Below, one piece after another: positions 1 through 8,841 of a DNA stretch of 64,000 bases. Origin of the DNA: Methanobacteriota archaeon (GTDB lineage: Archaea > Thermoplasmatota > Poseidoniia > Poseidoniales > Poseidoniaceae); assembly GCA_002718195.1 (NCBI GenBank), contig PBDU01000011.1:219927-283926 (forward strand), written 5' to 3'. The first letter of the stretch is position 1. The number at the start of each line of letters is the position of its first letter. Under the pieces are notes generated by a model. The model made no database searches. It saw nothing but the letters and a program-made list of their open reading frames with translations, and was not told the DNA's origin. The translations under genes and the position numbers were made by a program.

Positions 1-130
1 AAATGCGCTGGATAGATTACTTGCTGACGAGGGTCAATTTATTCCTTACCAGGGGGCAGAACTTGATTATAACAACTCAACAAGCGAGTGGCACACTCTT
101 AGTGGTGAGGAAATAAACGAAGGAAGAGTT

Positions 131-904
131 TTGCCGGGGCTTCTTTCTACAACAGGCGAAATAGATATTGATCGGGTAACTGCTTTGAGAAATGTTACAG
201 AAACTGGCATACTAGAAGGACTTGCTATTCCAGAGGGAATGAATCTTCATCTAACAATAACCGTGATTGAATCAAATGATGAAAACAGGACCAATCTTGA
301 GATATTTTCAGGCGGGACTCCAAGACTAAGTGCATCATCATCAACATTTTCAATGAGAATGGTAAAATCAGGGGATGAATTAGTAAGAGTTCTTCTTGAA
401 ATCCACAATGGAGGAAAGAAAAATCCTGTGCTAGAAATTCATGAGGTGTCTCCAAGAGGAGTAAATGGAGGCCCTGAGTGGTTTGAATTATACAATCCAA
501 GTGATTTTGCTGAGGAGTTGTCCGGTTGGAGTTTTGAATCAGAGAAGAATTCGGTAACTAAATCAGTTCTTCTAACTGAGGGCGTTATGACTGGCGGCTC
601 CTATGCTGTATTCACGGGCGATCCAAACGGGCAAGATTCAGGAAATGCCTCAGAGGTCATTGACCTTGGTTCCTTAGGTTTCTTAGGAGTGGGGGCAATT
701 GATGGTTTGGCTGATGGAACCGGGAGTTTGAAAATGTATCATACCCAACAAGAAACCAATCAACCATCAAGAATTCAAACAGTCCAATGGGGCGGTGACA
801 CCGGACTGAATATAGGATTTGGAGAATCTTTGGTCTGGGATGGTAATTCTTCCTACCAATCCTCCTCTTGGACAGTGGTTGATTCGCCTACTCCGGGGAA
901 CTGA
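131..904 (+). CDS. Hypothetical protein with C-terminal lamin-tail-domain (LTD)-like motif
   Basis: ORF track (TTG start, in-frame stop just upstream). Segment WFELYNPSDFAEELSGWSF resembles the LTD signature (EFVELYNP..D..LSGW). No obvious signal peptide. Confidence 0.45.
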   Translation: MPGLLSTTGEIDIDRVTALRNVTETGILEGLAIPEGMNLHLTITVIESNDENRTNLEIFSGGTPRLSASSSTFSMRMVKSGDELVRVLLEIHNGGKKNPVLEIHEVSPRGVNGGPEWFELYNPSDFAEELSGWSFESEKNSVTKSVLLTEGVMTGGSYAVFTGDPNGQDSGNASEVIDLGSLGFLGVGAIDGLADGTGSLKMYHTQQETNQPSRIQTVQWGGDTGLNIGFGESLVWDGNSSYQSSSWTVVDSPTPGN

Positions 905-976
905 AATCTTAACTAAATCAAATATTTCAAAGCGCATTGTTCATGAACATCGACGCATTCACATGTCCTGTTCGCC

Positions 977-1753
977 ATGATGCCGAGTTCAGTTTATCAG
1001 CGTGACAGATGTATTACTGGTATTCACGGCATGGATGAAATCCTAAGGGGTGGTATTCCTTACGGTTCCACTGTTTTGGCAGCGGGTACTTGTGGTTCAG
1101 GAAAAACTACTCTTGGAATGGAATTTCTGGTTAGGGGTGCTTTGGCAGGTGAAGCTTGTGCACATTTTACTGCTACTGAGCCGAGTGTAAAACTTCTCGA
1201 GAATATTAGGCAATATGCGTTTTTTGACATGAACATGGTCGATACAGGATTAATCAACGTTTTCGACGTTGACGTCCTATACTCATGGCTAGGATTGGAT
1301 AAAGCCAGTTTCGATTTGGACGACGTCCACGCCCTGATCAAAGCAATTGTGGATATAGTGAACACCATTGGTGTAACTAGACTTGTAATCGATTCGGTAA
1401 CTACTCTTTGTTACAAAATTAAAAGCGAGCAATTGATTAGAGATTTCTTGTTTACATTGGGTAAGAAATTGGCTACACTCGGATGTACAACAATTTTGAT
1501 TTCTGAGATTACTTCTGCCACGGAAAACGCTCACTGGTCCTCTTTCGGTGTGGAAGAAGCGATTGCAGATGGAATCATAGTAATGGGTGACGTTGAAAGG
1601 ATGGGGCACTTACTGAGATTCTTACAAGTGGTCAAGATGAGAGGCACTGCTCATAGTAGGGCTAAACATGCAATCGAATTGACTCCGCTTGGAGTCATGC
1701 TTACTCCAATGCTGAAATGGGGTTCAGCCGGTGAGGCTAACTGGGGTGGCTGA
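977..1753 (+). CDS. KaiC-like / RadA-like RecA-superfamily ATPase (single domain)
   Basis: ITGIHGMDEILRGGIPYGSTVLAAGTCGSGKTTLGMEF matches the KaiC N-terminal pattern with an intact Walker A (GSGKT). Walker-B-like hhhhD at RLVIDSVT. Confidence 0.8.
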   Translation: MMPSSVYQRDRCITGIHGMDEILRGGIPYGSTVLAAGTCGSGKTTLGMEFLVRGALAGEACAHFTATEPSVKLLENIRQYAFFDMNMVDTGLINVFDVDVLYSWLGLDKASFDLDDVHALIKAIVDIVNTIGVTRLVIDSVTTLCYKIKSEQLIRDFLFTLGKKLATLGCTTILISEITSATENAHWSSFGVEEAIADGIIVMGDVERMGHLLRFLQVVKMRGTAHSRAKHAIELTPLGVMLTPMLKWGSAGEANWGG

Positions 1754-1755
1754 TA

Positions 1756-2340
1756 ATGTTCGAACTCGACCAAAGAATTGCCGAGCAACTTTCAGAGGTG
1801 TCATTGAATTCTGCAATTCAATTACGTTCTGGAACATCAAATTCGTTCATGGTAACTGCTAGCACTATGTTACCCTTGATGCAAATGTTCGAAATGGGTG
1901 GAGTGTACATTTCCGCATCAAGAGGAGCAGTAGAGATTATACAAGCGTTCGAATCGATTGGAGTTGATGTGTCTCATATCCAATTTATTGATTTGGTGTC
2001 CTCTGGAATACTTGGTGGAACTGATGTTCCGTATCAGAATATACACTTTGTAGATAGTCCAATTATGTTAGAGTCGATTTTGTTGAGGACATTGTATATC
2101 CTTAGAACTACGCCTACAGAAAGAAATTTCGTATTCTTGGACAGTGTAAACGCATTGAGCATTTACAACGAGGGAAGGATGTTAGCAGAATACCTGCACA
2201 CATTCATCAATACCTTTAGGCAAAGAGAGATCCTATCGGTTATTTTGAACATACCAGATCAAACCCCTCCCTTGGTTCTGTCTAATTTGGATCTATATTG
2301 TACTGACTTGATTGATAGAGGGCAGGTTGTAATTAACTGA
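1756..2340 (+). CDS. Degenerate KaiC-like RecA-fold protein (P-loop lost)
   Basis: Starts 3 nt after the preceding stop. Same domain spacing as KaiC-like proteins (VTASTMLPLMQMF...GGVYISAS...VFLDSV) but the GxxGKT position is replaced by non-canonical residues. Walker-B-like FLDS retained. Confidence 0.5.
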   Translation: MFELDQRIAEQLSEVSLNSAIQLRSGTSNSFMVTASTMLPLMQMFEMGGVYISASRGAVEIIQAFESIGVDVSHIQFIDLVSSGILGGTDVPYQNIHFVDSPIMLESILLRTLYILRTTPTERNFVFLDSVNALSIYNEGRMLAEYLHTFINTFRQREILSVILNIPDQTPPLVLSNLDLYCTDLIDRGQVVIN

Positions 2341-2350
2341 GGTGATTAAG

Positions 2351-3154
2351 ATGGCAAAAAAAGTTACTTTTAGTAAAGAGGACGAGGAATTTTTTGGTAA
2401 GAATGGCTCATTCGGAGTTCCAAAGTTCGATATGGAGATGAACGGGGGAGTTCCTCGCGGTTTCACAATTATTGCATTCACGGATACAGGTTCTGGTGCT
2501 GAATTATTTGCTAAGCAATTTACCTCGCCTGCTGAAGAGCCAGACAACACTCTCTACATATCAACAAATGAAGGGCAACAAGAAATCATTAGAATTTACG
2601 AGAAATACAGCTGGCCATTAGATATCAGCGTTAGAACAATTGGTGAAGAATACAACTCAAATGTACTTGAAAAGCAATTGTTAGCGAGTAGGTACAGGCT
2701 AGAAGGATTTAGGATTGACGATATTCAAAAATTAGCACAAACAAGATTTGTTGATGACTCTAATCAGGATTACTTGACAGAAGTAACTAATGAAGTAATG
2801 GCTCTTGACCCTTACTTTAGAGTTGTAATGGATTCATTGGATTTCTTTACTCAAAGAGAGGACCCATCAAGGGTTATCGGAATGATTAGGATGCTGCAAG
2901 CACACACCCAAATGTATCGTGGTTTGTTGTTCATCACAGTATCAAACGACGGTTTACCGCCTGCAGTAAAACAAGAATTATCGCAAATCGCAGATATGGT
3001 ACTATCATTTAAAGTTCGAACAATTGGTACTGATTTCGAAACATCGATGATAGTGTCCAAGTTTAGAAACTCCCCGGAGAACCTGAAAATTCTTGTTTTC
3101 CGTGTTACTCCGGACGAAGCGATCACTCCAGAAACGGTCGAGCGTATTGCTTGA
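2351..3154 (+). CDS. KaiC-like RecA-fold protein with degenerate Walker A (GSGAE instead of GSGKT)
   Basis: GGVPRGFTIIAFTDTGSGAELFAKQF aligns with the KaiC P-loop region but lacks Lys/Thr. RVVMDSLD Walker-B-like. ATG at 2351 preferred over the track GTG at 2342 because GGTGA lies 5 nt upstream. Confidence 0.6.
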   Translation: MAKKVTFSKEDEEFFGKNGSFGVPKFDMEMNGGVPRGFTIIAFTDTGSGAELFAKQFTSPAEEPDNTLYISTNEGQQEIIRIYEKYSWPLDISVRTIGEEYNSNVLEKQLLASRYRLEGFRIDDIQKLAQTRFVDDSNQDYLTEVTNEVMALDPYFRVVMDSLDFFTQREDPSRVIGMIRMLQAHTQMYRGLLFITVSNDGLPPAVKQELSQIADMVLSFKVRTIGTDFETSMIVSKFRNSPENLKILVFRVTPDEAITPETVERIA

Positions 3155-3202
3155 TGTTCTACGACGAGGCCAACAGAACCTCAAAAAGGAGGTTCTCGAG
3201 GG

Positions 3203-4012
3203 TTGACCATGTCCGAGGCAGGAGATGCTACTGTGATGGCTTTCCCAGGCATGGATTCGAAAGAATTGGCTGTTGAAAAAAGAAAGGATACTGGGGGGTA
3301 TGACCCATCCGGTATCGACTTAGAGGCTTGGACAGAACTCGAAGAGCAGCTGGTTGCAACAATACCAAACTATGACAGAGTAAACAAATGGATGACATTT
3401 GGACAAGACAAGAATTGGAGGAAATCGGTTGCAAAACACGCCCTAGAAGGAATGAATGTCCTTGAAGTGGGATGTGGTCCGGGCTCATTCGCAGAAACAA
3501 TCTCTGGCGTGGATTTGACCTGTCTCGATCCATCTGCTGAAATGTTGCGTGTGGCCAAGAAAAGAGTTGATGCAGTGAGGTCTGCAAACGGAGATTCAGA
3601 TGCCATTTATGTTCAAGCGATAGCAGAGGATATTCCTCTAGAAAGTGACACTTATGATAGAGTATTTTGTTTATTTTCATTCAGAGATTTTAGGGACAAA
3701 AGGAAAGGCTTAGAGGAAATACACAGGGTTTTGAAGTCAGGGGGAAAATTAGTTATTTGTGATGCAGGGAAAGCTAATGCTTTTCACGGTTTTTTCGGAA
3801 AAGTTTGGATGGCTACTGGAGTCCAGTTGATGGCTAGACTGATAACTAAGGATAAAGACCACCCTTGGAAAGGACTGGCTAGATCATACACTCATTATGG
3901 TACCAATAAATTTTACAAGAATCTAATGGAGGAAGTTGGCTTTGAGGTAAAGCAGGCTAAACTGATTCTTCCGTTCGCTATGGCCTCTAGATTTATTGCT
4001 GTAAAAAAATAG
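3203..4012 (+). CDS. Class I SAM-dependent methyltransferase, UbiE/MenG-like
   Basis: YDRVNKWMTFGQDKNWRK resembles the UbiE/COQ5 N-terminal signature (YD.MN...S.G.HR.WK). SAM motif I LEVGCGPGSF. Start is either TTG 3203 or ATG 3209, with AAAGGAGG upstream. Confidence 0.75.
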   Translation: MTMSEAGDATVMAFPGMDSKELAVEKRKDTGGYDPSGIDLEAWTELEEQLVATIPNYDRVNKWMTFGQDKNWRKSVAKHALEGMNVLEVGCGPGSFAETISGVDLTCLDPSAEMLRVAKKRVDAVRSANGDSDAIYVQAIAEDIPLESDTYDRVFCLFSFRDFRDKRKGLEEIHRVLKSGGKLVICDAGKANAFHGFFGKVWMATGVQLMARLITKDKDHPWKGLARSYTHYGTNKFYKNLMEEVGFEVKQAKLILPFAMASRFIAVKK

Positions 4013-4055
4013 ATTCAGTTGAGCCTGTAATCGTCAATAAGACTCGAGAAATAAT

Positions 4056-4076
4056 GTGATGATTTGACATCATTAC
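4056..4076. promoter_or_regulatory. Imperfect 8-bp inverted repeat (GTGATGAT-N5-ATCATTAC) upstream of the atp operon
   Basis: Read directly. 7/8 complementary arms with a 5-bp spacer, ~35 bp upstream of the atpH start. Confidence 0.3.
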
Positions 4077-4110
4077 CCTCATAAACCCCATTCAAGTCGG
4101 GAAGTTTAAG

Positions 4111-4434
4111 GTGAGTCTCTTGGATTACGAATCTACGGTTAGGGGCATCAAAGAATCCGACATGAATGTCGATAAAACTCTAGCAGAGGCTCACGAAAAA
4201 GCATCTAAGCTTCTCGCTGACGCTCGAAGAGACTCTGCTAATTTAGTCTCTCAAGCAAATGAGGAATCTTCGAAGGAAGCTCTTGCCACAGTCGATTCCG
4301 CTAGGGAAGCTGCTGGTAAGGATGCAGAAAAAGCAAGAAAGGATGGTGCTTCCGCTGTTGAGAACGTTGCAAAAAGTGCAAAAGATAACAGCCAAGCAGC
4401 AATCGATCTGGTAATTAATGCAATGTTGGAATGA
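4111..4434 (+). CDS. atpH: A-type ATP synthase subunit H
   Basis: 107-aa coiled-coil, Ala/Glu/Lys-rich protein immediately upstream of atpI, as in the canonical archaeal atpHIKECFABD order. Confidence 0.6.
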   Translation: MSLLDYESTVRGIKESDMNVDKTLAEAHEKASKLLADARRDSANLVSQANEESSKEALATVDSAREAAGKDAEKARKDGASAVENVAKSAKDNSQAAIDLVINAMLE

Positions 4435-4443
4435 GGTGAATCA

Positions 4444-6501
4444 ATGTTCAGTTCTGTTCCAATGACACAAATTAACGTGGCATCTCCTGTTTCGAAACTA
4501 GATGATGTTCTCAGTGTTATGGAAAAACTTGGATGTATCCACATCCAACCTTATACTCAATTCGAAGATGGTGTGGGAATCGGGCAAGCACGCTCTGGCG
4601 AAGAGGCACAAAGAAACAGCTCTCTACTAGCAAAGGCACGTTCTCTATCTGGGCAACTCAAAGTTTCAAATGAAGGCGGCTCAATGAGCTCCTCTCAAGT
4701 TGAGAAACTACTGTCAAGCGGTTTTGAAGACTCAATGGACTCTGCTTCTTCCCTGCAAGGAGAGATACTGACACTTGAAAATGATATTAGAATTAAAACT
4801 GAAGAACTTGAAGTTCTAGAGATATTAGCTCCGCTGAATCTACCTTTAGACCTTCTTACTGGTTCTAAAAGCATGGAAGTCTATGTTGCTCAAACCAACA
4901 AATCTTCGAAAATTATGGATAAATTATCAGATTCCAAGGATGACATCATCGCCCAATATGCATCAAATGTGATTGCAATTGCCTGTTCCCCTTCCGTATC
5001 AACAGACGTGCAAGTTGTTTTGGCTGAAATGGGTGCAAGAGTGATTCAAATTCCAAGCGGAGAGGGTTCTCCAAGAAAGATATCTGCCGAGTTTTCCAAG
5101 CAATTGAGCCAATTAGAGGCAAACCTTGTATCAGCACAAGAAAAACTGGAACAATGGGCATCAACAAACGGAAGAAGCTTATTGTGTGCTGAAGAATACC
5201 TGTCAAGAAAAGTTGAGATTGATCTTGCCCCTACGAGCATAGCGGTATCCAAGAAAGCTTTTGCAATCGATGCTTGGACTCCATCAAGCAAAGCAGGTGA
5301 AGTAAAATCACAGCTTGAAAAGGTCGCTCCTTATGTTGAACTCAGCGAATATGTCGATGACCATCACCATGACGAACATCATGATGATGAGCATCATCAC
5401 GAAGCAGCAACCCCTCCTACTGAGTATGATAATCCAGGCTTTGCTAAGCCATTCGAGCTGATGGTTGACTTAGTTGGAAGACCAGCGTACGGAAAATTCG
5501 ACCCTACGCTACTGATGATGTTCACTTTCCCAATGATGTTCGGTCTAATTTTAGGTGACTTCGGATTTGGTGCAATCATTGCATTAATCGCGCTCTTCCT
5601 AAAATCAAGGGCAGTTGACCCTGCTATCAAGAATGGGATGAACATCATGCTTTGGATGGGTATCTGGTGTATGATATGGGGATTCATATTTGCCGAAGGA
5701 TTCGGTTTCGTCTGGGATAATACCACAGATTACATGACCAATTCACCACTAGCGTTCTTCTATGATATGTTGCCGAAATACGATGCAATGCCACCTTTCA
5801 TCACTGAAACTCTCGCAATGACGCACCTAGCATTGCCTTGGCACAGAGCATCAGCGGGGCACGGTCTAGAGGAATATGTACTGATTTCTGTATACCTTGG
5901 AGCAATCCACTTAATGTTAGGATTCATCATTGGATTCTTCTCTGTAATGAAAGCACACGGAATAGTTGCTGCTTTCTTCGAAAAAGGATCTTGGATACTA
6001 ATTCTAATTGGTGGATTCATGCACGCAAGAGGCAATCTAAGAGCAGAATGGGGGCTATTCGAAGGTACACCGTGGGCTATTATGCTAATCATCGGTGTAC
6101 TTTGCTTGATTGTAGGATTGGCAATATTCGAGAAATTTGGCTGGGCTGGTGGAATCATTATGGGACCAATCGAAACATTCGGTCTACTGGCTAACACATT
6201 GTCATACCTCAGGATTATGGGTGTTGGTGTTGCAGGTGTCAAAATTGCAGAGGTCTCCATCACAATGGGTTGGGTCTCAATGACCAACGGCTTTGAAGCC
6301 GGTGGAATTGGATACCTAACTGGAATCTTGTCTTTCTTACTATTCTTGGGTATCCAAGCATTCGCACTCGCTCTCGGTGTTCTTTCACCGAGCATTCACG
6401 CCGCCCGTCTGCATTTCGTGGAATGGATGGGCAAGTTCTATGACGGCTCAGGGACGGCTTTCAGGCCCCTTGGCGGCAAATCCCTCCACGTAGAGGGTTA
6501 A
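4444..6501 (+). CDS. atpI: A-type ATP synthase subunit I (a subunit)
   Basis: 685 aa. Soluble coiled-coil N-terminal half plus a polytopic C-terminal half, with the conserved Arg-containing helix region LSYLRIMGVGVAG. Operon position. Confidence 0.9.
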   Translation: MFSSVPMTQINVASPVSKLDDVLSVMEKLGCIHIQPYTQFEDGVGIGQARSGEEAQRNSSLLAKARSLSGQLKVSNEGGSMSSSQVEKLLSSGFEDSMDSASSLQGEILTLENDIRIKTEELEVLEILAPLNLPLDLLTGSKSMEVYVAQTNKSSKIMDKLSDSKDDIIAQYASNVIAIACSPSVSTDVQVVLAEMGARVIQIPSGEGSPRKISAEFSKQLSQLEANLVSAQEKLEQWASTNGRSLLCAEEYLSRKVEIDLAPTSIAVSKKAFAIDAWTPSSKAGEVKSQLEKVAPYVELSEYVDDHHHDEHHDDEHHHEAATPPTEYDNPGFAKPFELMVDLVGRPAYGKFDPTLLMMFTFPMMFGLILGDFGFGAIIALIALFLKSRAVDPAIKNGMNIMLWMGIWCMIWGFIFAEGFGFVWDNTTDYMTNSPLAFFYDMLPKYDAMPPFITETLAMTHLALPWHRASAGHGLEEYVLISVYLGAIHLMLGFIIGFFSVMKAHGIVAAFFEKGSWILILIGGFMHARGNLRAEWGLFEGTPWAIMLIIGVLCLIVGLAIFEKFGWAGGIIMGPIETFGLLANTLSYLRIMGVGVAGVKIAEVSITMGWVSMTNGFEAGGIGYLTGILSFLLFLGIQAFALALGVLSPSIHAARLHFVEWMGKFYDGSGTAFRPLGGKSLHVEG

Positions 6502-6536
6502 TCACAGTCCATCGGACAAAAAAGGAGGTAAAAAAA

Positions 6537-6845
6537 ATGAACAAAACCATGAAGAATACCCTAAGAGCAATGATCGTTCTGGCTGCACTAGTCCTTGTCG
6601 CACAAGGCGTATCTGCAGCAGAAGCAACTGAAACAGCAACCGGCAACACCATCACTGGTGACCTTGGAGTCGGTATCGCATTGGGACTAGCAGCAATCGG
6701 TGCTGGTTTCTCCCAAGCAGCTATCGGCAGCGCAGCTGTTGGAATGCTTGCTGAAGACGGAACAAAGTTCGGTCCAGCATTGATTTTCACTGCTCTACCA
6801 GAGTCTATCGTGATTCTAGGTGCTCTACCGCTTTTCCTTCAATGA
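6537..6845 (+). CDS. atpK: A-type ATP synthase subunit K (c/proteolipid), with N-terminal hydrophobic extension
   Basis: Strong RBS AAAAGGAGGT. Gly/Ala-rich hairpin GVGIALGLAAIGAGFSQAAIG...LPESIVILG with the conserved carboxylate (E) in helix 2. Extra N-terminal hydrophobic segment AMIVLAALVLVAQGVSA. Confidence 0.9.
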   Translation: MNKTMKNTLRAMIVLAALVLVAQGVSAAEATETATGNTITGDLGVGIALGLAAIGAGFSQAAIGSAAVGMLAEDGTKFGPALIFTALPESIVILGALPLFLQ

Positions 6846-6894
6846 AGAGCAGTAAAGTCATCGATTTGATTTACGTAACAGAACAGGTGAGAAC

Positions 6895-7458
6895 ATGTCA
6901 ATGAAGAAATTAGCAGAAGAAGTCGCTAAGGATGCCAAAGCAGAAGCAAAGCAAATAGTCGCACAAGCCAAAGAGGAAGCATCCTCCATAATGGAAAAGG
7001 CGCAAGCTGAAGCAGATGCTATCAGAGCAGGCGCTTCTGCCAAAGCAGAAAAAGAAGCAAAGCAAGTTTCCCGTGAGGTTGTTGCAAGTGCTAACCAAGC
7101 AATGCAAAAGGATATCTTAATCGCTAAGAAAGAAGCACTCGATGCTACTCTAGCAAACGCAAAAGAAATCCTAGCGGATGCAGGTTGGAAGAAGAGATCA
7201 TCTCTCCTGAAAGCACTAATGTCACAAGCAGATGAAATGAGTGATTCTTCCTTCACCGTACATCCAGTAGAAGTTGATAAAGCGGCTGTTAAGAAATTAG
7301 CAGGTGATAGAAAAGTCGGCGATACTGTAGAAGGCTTGGGTGGATTCACTCTAGTAAGTGCTGATGGAAGCGTATCTTTTGACTTCAGATTTGACAGTAA
7401 ACTAAATCAAACCTGGTCTAATAATCTAGCTGGAATAAATAAAACTCTATTTGGATGA
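6895..7458 (+). CDS. atpE: A-type ATP synthase subunit E
   Basis: 187-aa Ala/Glu/Lys-rich N-terminal coiled coil plus a globular C-terminus. Operon position between K and C. Confidence 0.85.
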   Translation: MSMKKLAEEVAKDAKAEAKQIVAQAKEEASSIMEKAQAEADAIRAGASAKAEKEAKQVSREVVASANQAMQKDILIAKKEALDATLANAKEILADAGWKKRSSLLKALMSQADEMSDSSFTVHPVEVDKAAVKKLAGDRKVGDTVEGLGGFTLVSADGSVSFDFRFDSKLNQTWSNNLAGINKTLFG

Positions 7459-7467
7459 GGTGAAAGA

Positions 7468-8514
7468 ATGGCACTGAGCAATGTTTCGTATGTTTCTGCA
7501 AGAGCAAAAACACGTCGCAAGCAACTTGCAAGCGATTCACAAATCAGAGCCCTAATCAGCCAATCCCCTGAGCAAATTTCAGTTTCTGTTGGAGATATCC
7601 ATCAAAGACTTAGGGAGGACCTTGACAGATTCGCTGGAATATACAGTGGAGGAGACTTAGTTGAAGCAGCACTTTCTCACAATTTGGAAAAAGAGCTAAA
7701 CTCAATCTTCAATCTTTGCGCTGGAAAAGTAAAGAACCATCTAAGCGTGTTTACACAAAGATATCAATACCAAAATGCAAAATCCGTATTGAGGGCAGTG
7801 TTTAACGAAGTTGATGTTGAAAAGGTAGAACATGACATCCTGCCTAACATCGACCAAATTAACGCACCTTGGTTGGATTTCGTCGAGAAATCAGAGACTT
7901 TGCGTGATGCAGTTGTTAACATGAAAAAGATGCCTTATGGAAAAGTGCTGATGTCGCTTCCAGAGGATTCAACACTAGCACAATATGAAGATGCTTTGGA
8001 CATGCACTACTATGCAATAGCCAGTTCATCAATCAAAGGTAACGGACCAGATGTAAAGATGCTTCAGGACTTAATAGCAATGGAAATTGATCACAAGAAC
8101 ATCCTGAACATCTTAGAAGCAAATGCAGTTGGTTACCAGGACAAGTTGGACCAAATTCTAATCCCTGGCGGTAAATTACTGCCAAAGCGCTCATTCCAAT
8201 CGATTATTTCTGGAAAGAGAGCGGGTATGCTTGAAGTGCTTGCGAAATCTTCTAGGTTTGACTCTGAAGGATTTGCAGAGGTTCTACAAGAGTGCGAAGA
8301 AAGCTTCAGTTTGGACCCAGCTGTTACTTGGTTGAAAGAAAGAGAATATGCACACATGAGCAGGATGAGTTACCTCCATCCTGTAAGCTCATTGCCTGTA
8401 GTACACTATGTTTCAATGAAGGTCAAAGAAATTTCAGACTTGAGGCTTGTAGTTCGTGGTAGACTCGCAGGTCTATCCTCTGAAGTACTTGAAGCACACA
8501 TATTAGGAGCGTGA
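7468..8514 (+). CDS. atpC: A-type ATP synthase subunit C (d)
   Basis: 348 aa, operon position. Size and alpha-helical composition typical of subunit C. Confidence 0.85.
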   Translation: MALSNVSYVSARAKTRRKQLASDSQIRALISQSPEQISVSVGDIHQRLREDLDRFAGIYSGGDLVEAALSHNLEKELNSIFNLCAGKVKNHLSVFTQRYQYQNAKSVLRAVFNEVDVEKVEHDILPNIDQINAPWLDFVEKSETLRDAVVNMKKMPYGKVLMSLPEDSTLAQYEDALDMHYYAIASSSIKGNGPDVKMLQDLIAMEIDHKNILNILEANAVGYQDKLDQILIPGGKLLPKRSFQSIISGKRAGMLEVLAKSSRFDSEGFAEVLQECEESFSLDPAVTWLKEREYAHMSRMSYLHPVSSLPVVHYVSMKVKEISDLRLVVRGRLAGLSSEVLEAHILGA

Positions 8515-8518
8515 AGAA

Positions 8519-8818
8519 ATGGAGATAGCAGTATTGGGTTCTCCTGCATTCACTCTAGGATTCCAGTTAGCTGGAATATCACATATATACAACCCTGAGG
8601 GAGATGAAGCAATTCAATCAGAACTCAAGGTTCTACTAAATTCAAAAGATGTTGGAATTGTCGTGGTCGACTCTGAGGTTCTAGCGTCTTTGCCTGACAG
8701 ATTGCGAGAGCAAATGTCGGCATCTGTCTCCCCGACAATCCTAGGAATAGGTACCGAGGAAGACAACACCTTGCGTGAGACAATACGCAAGGCAATCGGA
8801 GTTGACTTGTGGAAGTGA
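8519..8818 (+). CDS. atpF: A-type ATP synthase subunit F
   Basis: 99 aa, operon position between C and A. Resembles V/A-type subunit F (VVVDSEV..L). Confidence 0.85.
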   Translation: MEIAVLGSPAFTLGFQLAGISHIYNPEGDEAIQSELKVLLNSKDVGIVVVDSEVLASLPDRLREQMSASVSPTILGIGTEEDNTLRETIRKAIGVDLWK

Positions 8819-8841
8819 TTTCCAAAAAGGAGGAAAAAAGC

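Noticed and set aside
1756-3154. Whether the two degenerate KaiC-like ORFs are one gene split by a frameshift
   Set aside because: They lie in different frames with a clean stop, a separate RBS (GGTGA) and an ATG for the second. Each has its own complete RecA-like core. Treated as separate genes.
5760-6395. 211-aa minus-strand ORF inside atpI, plus similar antisense ORFs inside atpE (6858-7349), smc (19952-20503, 21380-21835), hmgA (24766-25239) and gyrA (61043-61552)
   Set aside because: Each is embedded antisense in a well-supported conserved gene, has low-complexity composition and no RBS. Shadow ORFs.
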